DNA from: Hemiscyllium ocellatum | Taxonomy: Eukaryota | Direction of reading: 5' to 3' | Length of the DNA: 64,000 bases | NCBI RefSeq assembly: GCF_020745735.1 | Contig: NC_083438.1 | Span: forward strand, 32,362,443 to 32,426,442 | In this document: in pieces, positions 20,819 through 33,100 of the stretch | How the letters are laid out: every line of letters begins with the position of its first letter | How positions within the stretch are numbered: the first letter of the stretch is position 1 | Made by a program: the position numbers and the translations under genes | The notes under the pieces: generated by a model | What the model was told of the DNA's origin: nothing | The model's input: only the letters and a program-made list of their open reading frames with translations | The model's database searches: none

Positions 20819-22949
20819 CTGAGTTTCCACCGCACTGAGCCTGGCTCAGGGAGTGGGGAATCAGCCCAGTGTTGGGGGGGATCAAGTGATTCCTGGTGGA
20901 AAGCCTGAGCTCAGGAATGGGATCAACAATCACTTCCCACTTTGCACAAACTCTCTGAGCAGCGCCATCTCAGGAGGGAAACTCTCAGTCGAGGGGAGGT
21001 GGAGTGGGGGGGTGGGTTTTATCACTTTACAAGAACAACTCTCCAAATACTTCAGCCTCTTTTATATCTCAGCATTCCTGTTACAAACTGTGTCCAAACC
21101 CAGTCTCAGGTTTCATCTTGATGATTGTCACCCCATTGATCCTTCTTGGGAGAGGTTTTTCCAAGATAATTTCCAAAATTATCTATTCTATTGATGAATG
21201 ATTGGAAACATCAGGTAGTTTCTGATAAATGTGTTTCGTGTGCGAGTGATGCTGCCAGGGCCCCATTTATTGTCCATGTGGTCTTGACCCACTGCAGTGC
21301 TTGTAGTGATGGTGCTCCCACACTGGGGTACATGGGAAGAGGCTTCAGAAACTCCCCCGCAGCAGCACCTACTGGGCAAAGCCAGGAACTACATTATTGC
21401 CTACAGTATTGTATCGAAGGTGGTGATTTTGTATTGATCTTGTAAAGAAATATCCTGTAAGTGTATTTATGACTTCTGTGTATGAAGTAAGATTGTAAAT
21501 ATTTTATTTGTGGACATTTCTGTATTTTTAGCCTGGATATTGCTTTTCTACCTGTGCCTTTTGCTCCAAGCTGTGATTAAAGAGAAGCTGGTGTTGATAT
21601 TAGTGTGCATGTAGTCTGACGTTTATTACCATCATTATTACTAGCAACTGTTTTTGATGCAGGATTCAGATACTGGATGGTTTACAGATTGAAACTGCAT
21701 GTGGACAAAACTGTACTGATGTGTCTTCTGTCTAGCTAACTGTTAATTTTCTTCTAAATTTTTACAATTCTATTTTCAGCATTGTGTATACCAATACAAA
21801 AATATAACTCATCAATAATCAATTCATACAATTGTATTGTAAATATTTTATAAATAAATCTGTCAGGTACAGTTAGGTTTTCTATCAGCACTGTTTGTTC
21901 CAGGGTGCAATTAAATGGAAGCTGGTGATGATGTGTGTAATGTATGTACAGGATTCTGTGAATATTTTAGAGTTGGATTTATCTGTATTTGTATCCTGGA
22001 TATTGATCCTGACATTGGACAGATATGTCTGTGAATTGAAATACGACTTTTGGAAATGAAGTATTTGCTCCAACAATGGTTGGTCATAATTTTCAATGGA
22101 AGGATACAACATTTTTTTCTATGTATTGTTAGTTTTCTACCTGTAGTTTTTGCTCCAAGCTGTGTTAAAGAGAAGTAGGTGCGGATATTAGTGGGTCTAC
22201 AGTAGAATGACTCTGCTGGTCACTGCAAGAACAGAGGGGCTGGTATCTGCAGGCACTAAGTCCCTGATACGACTTGGAGTGAATGGAATTGGCTGAAGAT
22301 TGGGATCAGTGATTGTGGGAATCTCAGGAAGAGGCTGGGGATGATCATCCAGTCGGTGTTCCTGGTGATTGGGAGTATAGGTGTTTGAGTGAGGGGGGCA
22401 TGGGGAGTTTGAGAGCTTCTGTTACCCCAAATACAACATTTAAGGAATATTTATCTTTTTCTATATAAACTTAATTACATTACACCCCCAAACCACACAT
22501 TCCCTGGTGGTGGAGGCTGGTACAATTGCAACATTTAAGAGGCATATGAATAGGAAGGGTTTGGAGGGATATGGGCTGGGTGATGCCAGGTTAGACTAGT
22601 TTGGGTTGGGATATCTGGTCGGCATGGACGAGTTGTACCAAAGGGTCTGTTTCCATGCTGTACATCTCCATGACTTCTTCATCTGGGACATTAGTAACTG
22701 AACTGACGTCATTTTCAGATTTCACCCAGACCTGGACAATTTCTGGCAGTGATTTCACTGGAGACAGGATTTATTCCTAAATGAAATCAGGAATCAATGA
22801 AATGGATGATCTGCTTTCGCCATGAACCAGATTTTGTGGGAGTGGGAACGTGCTGTGCCGTACTTGTGGCAATACACAGTTCAAAACATCTAATTTCACT
22901 GTTATCGGTGACAGGCGACTTTGGGATGTCCTCTGGCCCTGAAGGGCAA

Positions 22950-25210
22950 TGTGGAAATGCAGGTCTTTGTTAAATTTGCTCGAAGGTCTCCATGAAATAC
23001 CACTGTGTGCTCACCTGGTGGCGCTGTTACTATGGCTTGGCCATTTGGCGGTGGACAGCACCGCCATCTACTGGTTCCAGTTACGTACTGACATACCCCC
23101 AGAACACACTCCCCATGGCACAATCCATTGGACACACTGACACACACACACACACTCCATAATACACAGACTGTAATGGACATAGTCTAATACAGACTCC
23201 AACAGATACAAGGAACATCCTAATTGGAATACCTGCCAATACTCAGACGCATCTAGCTCCAGTGAAAGGCGATAGTGATGGCCGTGTCATGGGGGAACCG
23301 CTCTCCAACACAACGCGAAGAGGGACCCCATTGATACTGTCAAGCCAAAAGGATCATTGAAGCTGGGGATGGGATGATGGCCCGGGGCTGGGAGGGATGG
23401 GGAGCTGTCAGAAACACACCCCTTTGTGGGGTACACACCTCCAGGGTTCCATGAGCTGGAGAAAGAGAGCCAGTGCTGAGGGATGTGCACTGGGTTAAGA
23501 GTGACCACCTTTCCAATGCACTGACCAGAAGTGTATGTGGGAGCTGGGGAAGCCTCGAACCATTTCATAAATCCTGTCACCTGATGCTGCTGCAGAAACC
23601 CATGGAAACCACTGAGACTGAGAGCTGGAGCAATCTGGGACTCAAATCAGATCGCTGTTTCCCCCCCCAGGCAGAGACTTCCAACAAATCTGTTCAGGGA
23701 TGTTAGGACACATCTCTGGAGAAGATGGGATTTGAACTGAGGCCAGAGGTGGGCCAGAGGTGGGGTCACTACCACTACACCCATCCCTTCTAGAATAAAC
23801 AGGGTGTCTGATTGGAAAAAGCACTCACCTCCATTTTACAGAATCATTTTGTGGAAGATGAATTGGGGAGGGAGGAGGTGGTGGGGTGGGGGTGGGGGGC
23901 AGTAGGAGAGTGTACCAGGGGCCAGGGGACCAGACGGACAGACACACCGAGAGGGTGTGGGGGGGTTATTAGCAGGAGAGTGTACCAGGGGCCAGGGGAC
24001 CAGACGAACAGACACACTGAGGGGGTGTGGGAGGTTAACAGGAGGGTGTACCTAGGGCCAGGGGACCAGATGGACAGACACACCGAGAGGGTGTGGGGGG
24101 GGTTAGCAGGAGGGTGTACCAGGGGCCAGGGGACCAGATGGACGGACAGACAGACCGAGAGGGTGTGGGGGATCAGCAGGAGGGTGTACCAGGGGCCAGG
24201 GGACCAGATGGACGGACAGACAGACCGAGAGGGTGTGGGGGATCAGCAGGAGGGTGTACCAGGGGCCAGGGGACCAGATGGACGGACACACTGAGGGAGT
24301 GTGTGGGGAGCAGCTTCATTGAGCAGCTGTGCCCATGCTCTCATTCTGGGTGGTAGCCCCACCAGGATCGAGCCTGGGAGCAGTGGAGGGGGGCAACAAG
24401 AGAAAGGGGAATGCAGGGGGGGGGGAGGGGGCCCAGAACTGCCGGCTGGGCTAACCCTGCACACGGCCGGTAGCCCCGAATCCCCGGGGTTGGGAAGGTC
24501 GAAGGGCGGTGAGAGAGAGTCACCGTGGGCCAGGGGCCAGGGAAGGGCTGGAGAGAAAAGGAGAAGCCCCACACAAGGCTGAGGGACATGGAAAGGAGAC
24601 AGGCCCTTTAGGTGGGGAGCAGAGGGCTCAATATCTAAACTTCATGGGGAGAAGGGAACAACGTTAATGGGGAGATTGAAGGGAAATAAAAGGTGGGATC
24701 TCCCAGACTCACCAGAGAAGGGAAAGATCTGGTGGGAAACAGAAACAGAAACTGGGGCAGGATTCAGGGAAAGGCCTGGATAAATCATCTTGGAAATATC
24801 AGAGTTTTTTGGAACGCTCGGAAGAGGAAAGCGTGTGTGTGTGTGTGTGTGTGTGTTCAGAAACTGCAGGATTATTCCAGAGAGGGAGGGAGAAAAGAGG
24901 GGCAGGATGATATAGAAATGTAGAAGAGGGCACACTGTGCTGGGATATGAAGGGCTGGGGAAAAGGAGGCAGCTGTAACTCATAGAGAGCTCTTTCCTCC
25001 TGCACCCTCACTTTTGGGTCAATATCCCCCTCAACCACCAGCATTTAAATCAAACAGAGAATCTGATTATTATGACAGTGCTACGTGTGGGAACTTACTG
25101 TTTGCAAATTAATCACCATCATTCCGATATTACAACAGGCCTTTCACTGACAGGGAAGCATTTTGGGACATGGTACAGAGGTGAAAGGTGCTGTATAATG
25201 TAAACCCTTC
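22950..25210. repeat. Segmental duplicate, direct paralog of ~41440-43230
   Basis: Near-identical text, for example ORF 23473-23706 versus 41943-42257. A ~700-bp sub-block also occurs at 36960-37460 (inverted) and 54250-54690. Confidence 0.85.
23901..24300. repeat. G-rich ~57-66-bp minisatellite (~6-7 units)
   Basis: Repeated CAGGAGGGTGTACCAGGGGCCAGGGGACCAGATGGAC...GAGAGGGTGTGGGGG. The paralog at ~42350 has only one unit. Confidence 0.88.
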
Positions 25211-25221
25211 CTGAAACTGAG

Positions 25222-26330
25222 TCATAGAGTCATAGAGATGTACAGCACAGAAACAGACAGTTCAGTCCAACCCGTCCATGCCGACCAGATATCCCAACCC
25301 AATCTAGTCCCACTTGCCAGCATCTAGCCCATATCCCTCCAAACCCTTCCAATTCATATACCCATCCAGATGCCTTTTAAAAGTTGCAATTGTACCAGCC
25401 TCCACCACTTCCTCAGGCAGCTCATTCCATACATGTACCACCTCTGCGTGAAAACGTTGCCTCTTACGTCTCTTTTATATCTTTCCCCTCTCACCCTAAA
25501 CCTATGCCCTCTACTTCTGGATTCCCCGACCCCAGGGAAAAGACTTTGTCTATTTATCCTATCCATGCTCCTCAAGTTCTATAAACCTCTATAAGGTCAC
25601 TCCTCAGCCTCCGATCTTCCAGGGAAAACAGCCCCAGCCTGTTCAGCCACTTCCTGTAACTCCAATCCTCCAACCTTGGCAACATTCTTGTAAATTCTTT
25701 TCTGAATCCTTTCAAGTTTCACAACATTTTTCCAATAGGAAGGAGACCAGAATTGCACGCAATATTCCAATGGTGGTCTCACCAATGTCCTGTACAGCCG
25801 CAACATGACCTCCCAACTCCTGTATTCAATACTCTGACCAATAAACGAAAGCATACCAAATGCATTCTTTACTATCCTATCTACCTGTGCCTCCACTTTC
25901 AAGGAGCTATGAACCTGCACTCCAAGGTCTCTTTGTTCAGCAACACTCCCTAGGACCTTACCATTAAGTGTAGAAGTCCTGCTAAGATTTGCTTTCCCAA
26001 AATGCAGCACCTCACATTTATCTGAATTAAACTCCACCTGACACTTCTCAGCCCATTGGCCCATCTGATCAAGATCCCGTTGTAATCTGAAGTAACCTTC
26101 GCTGTCCACTACACCTTCAATTTTGGTGTCATCTACAAACTTACTAACTACACCTCTTATGCTCACATTGTATAAATGACGAAAAGTAGTGGACCCTGCA
26201 CCGATCCTTGACCAGCACTCTACTGGTCACAGGCCTCCAGACTGAAAAACAACCCTTCACCACCACCCTCTGTCTTCTACCTTTGAGCCAGTTCTGTATC
26301 CAACTGGCGAGTTCTCCCTGTATTCCGTGA
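25222..26330 (-). mobile_element. CR1/HER1-like LINE 3' 1.1 kb
   Basis: VSKFVDDTKIEGVVDSEGYFRLQRDLDQMGQWAEKCQVEFNSDKCEVLHFG..., with a (GACTCTAT)n tail at 25222. Confidence 0.95.
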
Positions 26331-26752
26331 GAATAATATAAAGGAAAGTGTTCACACCATCAAAGCTCTGCAATGTTGCTGCATTCAGCCTTTAATGGTG
26401 GGGAACCATTCAACATCGAGTGGGAGGTGACTCCATGTCCATCTGTATCCTCAATGATGAGGAAACCTGCATCTGCAGAAGGTGAGAGAGAGAGAGGAGG
26501 AGGAGAGAGCACCCATTGGTGATCATCTTCCCACATTTCTATTCATCCTGCAATGGGTCTTGCAGATTGGAAGCTTGACGATGCTCCCTGCTTCTTTATG
26601 AAATGGTGCAGCACCCAATGGAGAAACCTGCCATTCTTCCCTAGTCTTGTCTATATGTGACTCCAGTCACACATTAACCTGGTGAACATTTATAACTGCC
26701 CCTTGAAATGTCACGTCATGTCAATCAGTGTGCAATCAAACCCCTAGACAGG

Positions 26753-26904
26753 AAAATTATCATCCCTATCCACAAGCCTGTGCAGAAGCTCACTCTTGGG
26801 TGTCCCCTAGATAACCAGTACATCAGAGACTGGGACATTCTTTTGTAGGTACAGGGCAGCACTTTACTCCCCAAAGAACCCAGTAACTGGGACAGGCGAG
26901 TCAC
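26753..26904 (-). pseudogene. Truncated IgV 5' half with stops and frameshifts, no leader
   Basis: ttttccag|GT GAC TCG CCT: GDSPVPVTGFFGE*, frameshift, LPCTYK, frameshift, NVPVSDVLVI*GTPKSELLHRLVDRDDN. TAG at 26807-26809 replaces the core Trp. Confidence 0.88.
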
Positions 26905-27339
26905 CTGGAAAAGATGGAAAGTATTTATCCACAGATAGAACCTCCCTGCTGGTCCCAAGCTTCACATGGTTACACTGCGATGCTGGATTTACAAGAAGCT
27001 CCGATCAGTAACTCACTGCTTTCATTTCTGGGGGAAGGTTAAAGCTCAGACATTGAGGGTCTTCAACTAAAAGCAGCTTGTGCTGGATATTTGTCAGCAC
27101 TGAGCAGCTGGACAGCACTTTGAATCACATGGTTCCCATTTGGACATACAATGGAAGAACACATCTGGATACTGGTTACTACCCTCAGGACCGGGGAAGG
27201 GGGAGGGTGGTTTTTTGGGGGCGCAGGTAGAAGAGGTACAATGTTGGCTGATGTCAAAGTGTTTTGAACAGGTTGTGATGGATGAGAGCATTGTGCAGGG
27301 GTGGTCTGAAAGGGGCTAAGGAAATGTGGATCCGCACAT

Positions 27340-28480
27340 CCCTCCACCACTGAACTGTCTGATCATACTCCTCCTCCCAATACACTCAGACTCTGCATCC
27401 TCCCAGGACCCAAAGCCAAATGTCCTTCACCTCCAAAGGAAGTAGAGGCATTGTTGAGCTTTCAACACATCAACATGGGTGGATCCAGGGCGGATTGTGG
27501 GTGATCAACACTGCCAGGAACTTAACACTCTTGAACATCTCCACCTCAGCTCCATTGATCCATACCCTCCAATCTGCTTCCTGAAGTCAATGACCAAAAC
27601 TATTGTTTTCCTGGTGGTGATGAAGAGATTGTTATCTTTACACCATGCTGTTCAGCACTCTGTCTCTTCCCTATACTCCATATCATCACTGTTTGAAATC
27701 TCACCCACAATATTGCTGTTGTTAGCGAACTTGTGAATGGAGTTGGGGTGGAATTTGGCCACTGAGTTGTGAGTGTATAAGGAGAACAGTAGGGGGTTGA
27801 GGAATCAGCCTTGTCAGGCACTGATGTTGGGGATTATGGTGGGGAATACTGTTACCTATCTTCACTGATTGCAGTCTGTGGGTTATCACATCAAGGATCC
27901 AGTTACAGAGGGGAGAGTGGAGACCTATGTCTTAGAGTTTAGAGATGAATTTGTCTGGAATTCTGGTGTTGAAGGTGGAACTGAGGTCAATAAGTATCCT
28001 TGTTATCCAGAAGTTCCGGGATTGGAGGGCAGGAGCAGGGAAGTGGACTTATTGCATTGATACTGCTGAAAATGTGTTGCTGGAAAAGCGCAGCAGGTCA
28101 GAGAGCATCCAAGGAGCAGGAGAATCGACGTTTCGGGAATGAGGGCTCATACCCGAAACATTGATTCTCCTAGTCTTTGGATGCTGCCTGACCTGCTGTG
28201 CTTTTCCAGCAACACATTTTCAGCTCTGATCTCCAGCATCTGCAGTCCTCACTTTCTCCTTATTGCATTGGTAGGTGAATTGCAAAGGATTCAGCCAATT
28301 TGACAGGCCGACCTTCTCATAATAATGGGGGTCACTGTGGCAGTCATTGAGGCACGGTGCATGCAGTTATTTGGTACCGAGATGATGGTGGTTTTCTTGA
28401 AGCAGGTGGGGACTTCAGACCGGAGCAAGGAGAGGTTAAAGATCTCAGCAATACTCCCGCCAGCTGGTCCGCACAGGATC
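27340..28480 (-). mobile_element. Rex1/Babar-type LINE RT fragments (interrupted by a PLE palindrome at ~28060-28260)
   Basis: AEIFNLSLLRSEVPTCFKKTTIISVP, and by eye LLYSLYTHNSVAKFHPNSIHKFA, a Rex1-like RT region. Confidence 0.7.
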
Positions 28481-28599
28481 GGCATGCATGGCCGGGGACA
28501 CTGTCTGATACAATCGGAGTCCTACATTACACCATGAGGGAAGTCACTCCCTTTCCCCTCATCCATGATACTCAGGAGTTTTGCGTTTGAACTTTTAAC

Positions 28600-29300
28600 C
28601 TGTGACGGAACTGGCCCTAAAAGGACCTCACCCCCCACCCTGTATCAGAGGAAGGAGGCGGGCTCTGGGCTCTCCCATTCTCACAGCGAGGGTGGGGGGA
28701 GGGAAGGAGTGAGCGATCCGGGTGCAGCCTCTGTCGGGAAAAACCGGGTCCAAGCTGCTTTTCCCCTGAAGGGATTGCAGTGAGACAGTGATCCGAGTGG
28801 GGACTGCCGGAAAACTGTGGGTCCAGAACCGGGAGAGCAGAGAGGAAAAAGGGGCATGAACTGGTGCACCCCTGTCTCCCCACAATGTGGGTCAGTCTGC
28901 AGTTTGTAACTTGTTTTTATGAATGAGCCAAATGACCGTGAGTGAACCCAGGGTCAGCTCCGGGCTGTATCTGACTGAGACACACCCTGCTCTCCCTCCA
29001 ACACGGAGTTTTACCAAATGTTTCTCAGCAGCTTCTCGGTCTCCTGTCAGTGTCTGCCTCTGATCCTGATCGCAGTCCCGGTCCCGGGAAAGGAGCTGCA
29101 GGTACTTACTGTCAGTGTCTCCCACCCGGGGACACGGAGGGAGGGAGGGAGGGAGGGGGATCTGGGGGGAAACTCTCTCTCCCTCATCACCCCCCCAGCA
29201 CTCACCTCTTTATTAAAAGGAAATGCTGACAATCTCAGAGACAGACAGAAAGGGCTGGAACTTCTCAGAAGTTTATAAAGTGATCTGTGAGTGAACTGAG
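28600..29300 (+). promoter_or_regulatory. GC-rich promoter/first-exon block of copy C
   Basis: Paralog of the A, B and D blocks. It contains the putative ATG exon 29018-29101. Confidence 0.6.
29018..29101 (+). CDS. Putative ATG exon MFLSSFSVSCQCLPLILIAVPVPGKELQ
   Basis: 84 nt, phase-0 donor CAG|GTACTT (moderate), in frame with the leader exon. Present in all four promoter blocks. The true start is not proven. Confidence 0.4.
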
Positions 29301-30068
29301 GGAGGGGGAGGTTGAATTGAAACATTGAAAAGAGGGTTAGACCGAGACTGCGGCGGTTGTAAAGTGATGCAGAACGATCTCTAAAGATTAATTTGGCAAA
29401 CGGCAAGAAAACAATTATTTTACTGACGGCGTTGTCTGTCCCCGCCCTCCCTCTCACTCCGAGTCCCCATGTCCCAGCCCTTCTCATGGGCTGTATCTGT
29501 CAGGCATCACCCGGGGACAGGGCGGAGCGGGATCATCAACCTGATCAGGAAGGGGATCTGTTGGAAAGGGACTCACTGTGTTTTCTTGTTGCAGGGACAC
29601 AGCTCACAGAAACTACTCCCCCCGCTGCTGCTGCTGCTGCTGCTGCTAAATGTTGTTGCTGCTGTTTCAGGTCAGTGCTGTGAGTGCTGGAACATTTCAG
29701 CAGGATCAAAGGCTGGGGGTGGGGGGAATCAGGAATTCCTCTTGCTTTAAGGTGCTGTGTGGGCTGCAAGTGGACCCACTGAGGGAGTGGGACACAGTAG
29801 GTTCACATTACACGCCGTGATCATGAGAGACAGCTGAAAGGAAGGCATTTAAATATCTTCAGTGGCATCTGGACCCTGAGCAACACTGACACAGGGATCA
29901 GTGGGATAGGGTGTGTAATCAGAAATCAGGGGCTGTCCTGGCATGAAATCGAACTGAGAATTGTCCAGGTATGAAAGGAGTTGGGTATTGGCACTGGGAT
30001 GTAGCGTGTTTTCAATCATGTGTTGTTCACTGTTGTTGCTGGCTACAACTAAACTCATTTATGGTCAA

Positions 30069-30107
<39 letters not shown>

Positions 30108-33100
30108 GTTTGCACATTTGCCGCGTAGCTTCCCCCAGAAATGAAAGCAGTGAGTTACTGATCAGAGCTTCTTGTAAATCCAGCATCGCAGTGTAACCAT
30201 GTGAAGCTTGGGATGTAATGTACCAGCAGGGAGGGTCTATCTGTGGATAAATACTTTCAATCTTTTCCAGGTGACTCGCCTGTCCCAGTTTCTGGGTTCC
30301 TTGGGGAGCAGGTTGTGCTGCCCTGTACCTACAAAGGGAACGTCCCAGTCTCTCTCTTACGGGTAATCTGGAAGACACTCGGCACCAAAACTTTATATGA
30401 GTTCCGTGATGGGGATGATGATTTGTCAAAACAAGACTCTCAATTTGAAAACAGAACAAACCTGTTCAAAGATCAACTGGAACAAGGCAACTGGTCAGTT
30501 CTGCTCTCTGACCTCAGGGAGACAGACCAGGGCGAGTATCTGTGTCTGATTTACAAGAGAACGGTTGTGCAGCATTTTTTGGAGCAGCGTGATTGTGTTT
30601 ATCTCTCTGTAAGAGGTGAAAGCTACCTCCTTCAGAAATTCGGTATTTAATGTCTGTGGTCGTGATAGGATTATGCCACAATATAAATTGTGTATTTAAA
30701 CAAAAATCTGAAAATAGCAAGTTAGTCCCACTAAAAGTGGGATGTGGGTGTCATTGGCTGGGCCAGCATTATTGTCCATCCCCAGTTGCCCTTGAGAAGG
30801 TGGTGATGAGCTGCCTTCTTGAACCGCTGCACTCTGTGTGCTGTGGGTTCGCCCACAATGCCCTTAGGGAGGGAATTCCAGGATTCTGACCCAGCCACAC
30901 TGTCGGAACGGTGATATATTTCTGAGTCAGGATGGTGACTGGTTTGGAGGGGAACTTGCCGGGGGTGGTGTTCCCATATATCTGCTGGTCTTGTCCTTCT
31001 AGACAGACGTGGTCACGTGTTTGGAAGGTGCTGTCTGAGGGTCTTTGGTGAATTTCTGCAGTGCACCTCGCAGATGGTACACACTGCTGCTACTGAGCGT
31101 CAGTGAGGGAGGGAGGGAATATTTGTGCTTTGTCCTGGAAGGTGTTGAGCTTCTTGAATGTTGTTGAAGCTGCACCCATCCTGGCAAGTGGAGAGCATTA
31201 TATTATGTGCCTTCTCACTGATGAACACACTTGGGGGAGTCAGGAGGTGAGTGACTGGCTGCGGTATTCCTAGCCTCTGACTTGCTCTTGTAGCCACTGT
31301 ATGTGTGTGGTGAGTGCAGTTCTCTATCTGGATGATGAGATGAAGATGTTGACAGTGATAGAATCAGTGATAGGAATACCATTGAATGTCAAGGGCCAGT
31401 GTTAGCTTCCATTTTATTGGGGTGGCACAAATGTTAGGTGCCACCTGTGCAGTTGTCTCCTCCAGTGAGTTGTTTAATTGTCCCCCACCATTCACGACTG
31501 GATGTGGGAAAGGCTGGAGGAGGTGAGAGATGGGGAGAGGTAGACAGGCTGAAGGATGGCCCAGGGACGGGGAGGGTTGTTTGAAATTAGAGATTGTTTT
31601 CATGACCTCCTTGTCAACTTTCCAAAACAAGTGAATTTTAAATGGAGCCGTCATTAGACCGGGAGCTGATAAGTGTCAGTGAGTAGCATGTGATAGGGAC
31701 TCATTGTAGTGGGTTGGGGAATAAGGACAGCAGAGTTTGGGATGGACCGGAGGTTACGGAGGGTTCGATGTGACACATTGACCAGGAGAATATTGGAACA
31801 GCTGGATCTGTAGATCATAAACATTGGATCTGTTTTGGCTTTTGTTTTTCAGTTCATTCAACCCAAGAACCAAATGAAATTCTTGAAACAGATTATGGTG
31901 AGTGACTCAATACAACCCAAGGAGCCCCCCTGTGAAAGGGTATAATGCTGGGGGAGGCAAAATGGGGTGGCTCACTGGGTACAGTTAACCTCTGAGTCTG
32001 AAGGTCAGACACGGGAGGAATGGGGTCGGGGGGAGCTGTGACCCAAGGATTGAATCAGGAAACAACAAAGACCAGTTGTAAATCCAGAGCCTCCGAAGTG
32101 ACATCTGGAAACTGGTGTCCAAGTTGGGAGCCTCTCTAACACTGTCATACACTGATTCAATCCTATCTCCCAGATCAGTCAGTCACTGTTCCTGGGTATG
32201 TCCTGTCCCACTGAGGGAGGAGGGCCCACCAGAGATTTGGGGGACAGTGACATCCAGACAGAAGGGAGTGGGCCCAAGATTCTTCTGCAATGAAGACAAT
32301 GGAGAATAATATTGATCTGGGTATTAATGCGGATTGCATCCAGTCCCATGGCTTTGGCATCCAGGAAATAACTTCACAATTTTTCCTTCAGGTTTATTTG
32401 AAGAGAAGTTGCTGGTCAGTGTCCAGTTCTCTCCCATTGTGTGCATGCGTGTGAGTGCATGTGTGTGTGTGGAAGGAGCTATGGGATGGTCTTGTGTGTG
32501 TGTGTGATTATTGGAATCTAACCTTCCACATCCCTCCTAGACTAGAATTAACCAGAGATCTGTTTGTACTGGGGCTGGTTCTGAATCACTAGATGCTGAA
32601 GGTCTCTGCTGTGAGTTTTGTTTGTGTGTCCCAGTCTGTTAATGGCTTCATTTTGTCTGTAGGTCCTGGACTCTCCACTGGAGCAAGAGTTGGTTTGGGA
32701 ATCGGGATTGCTGCTGTTTTTGTTGTACCTGGAATTGTGGGTTACATTGTCCTAAAGCGACAAAGAAGGTGAGTTCTGGAATGTTGCACTGTTTCCATGG
32801 TAACCTTTTGATCTTTGTATAATGTTGTGTGAAATGTTGCTGAGCTCTGTCCCTGTCCATTCCCTGAGCTGTGAGGATGCTTCAATCCAGCCTGTCATTG
32901 AGCAGCATCATCCAGTCACTTCCAGCTTGTCATCCTCTCGCTGCTGAACAGTCCCGTGGATTGGAAAGGAGCAAATATTATCCCACTGGAGAACCAGAGG
33001 ATGTAGTTATGTCCCACAGACCCTCTGAGAGAAACAGAAGAGCAGTTTTCTCAGCAAATCTCAGGCAATGTAAAAGTAATAGGGTCGTGATTGTAGGGAA

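Noticed and set aside
29223-29290. ATG CTG ACA ATC... as an alternative coding first exon (MLTISETDRKGWNFSEVYK)
   Set aside because: The frame is not conserved: copy D has a 2-nt deletion giving an early TAA, B has an extra A, and A lacks the donor. At most it is a UTR exon.
29393-29769. Poly-Ala/poly-Cys and poly-Gln ORFs around the leader exons (also at 6.6-6.9, 15.7-15.9 and 52.9-53.3 kb)
   Set aside because: These are alternative-frame and antisense readings of the (CTG)n leader exon. Only the Leu frame fits the splice phases.
30271-30650. IgV exons as rearranging antibody or TCR V segments
   Set aside because: Each V exon includes its own G strand and ends in a phase-1 splice donor. 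No CACAGTG-spacer-ACAAAAACC signal follows, and the motifs are B7/butyrophilin-type.
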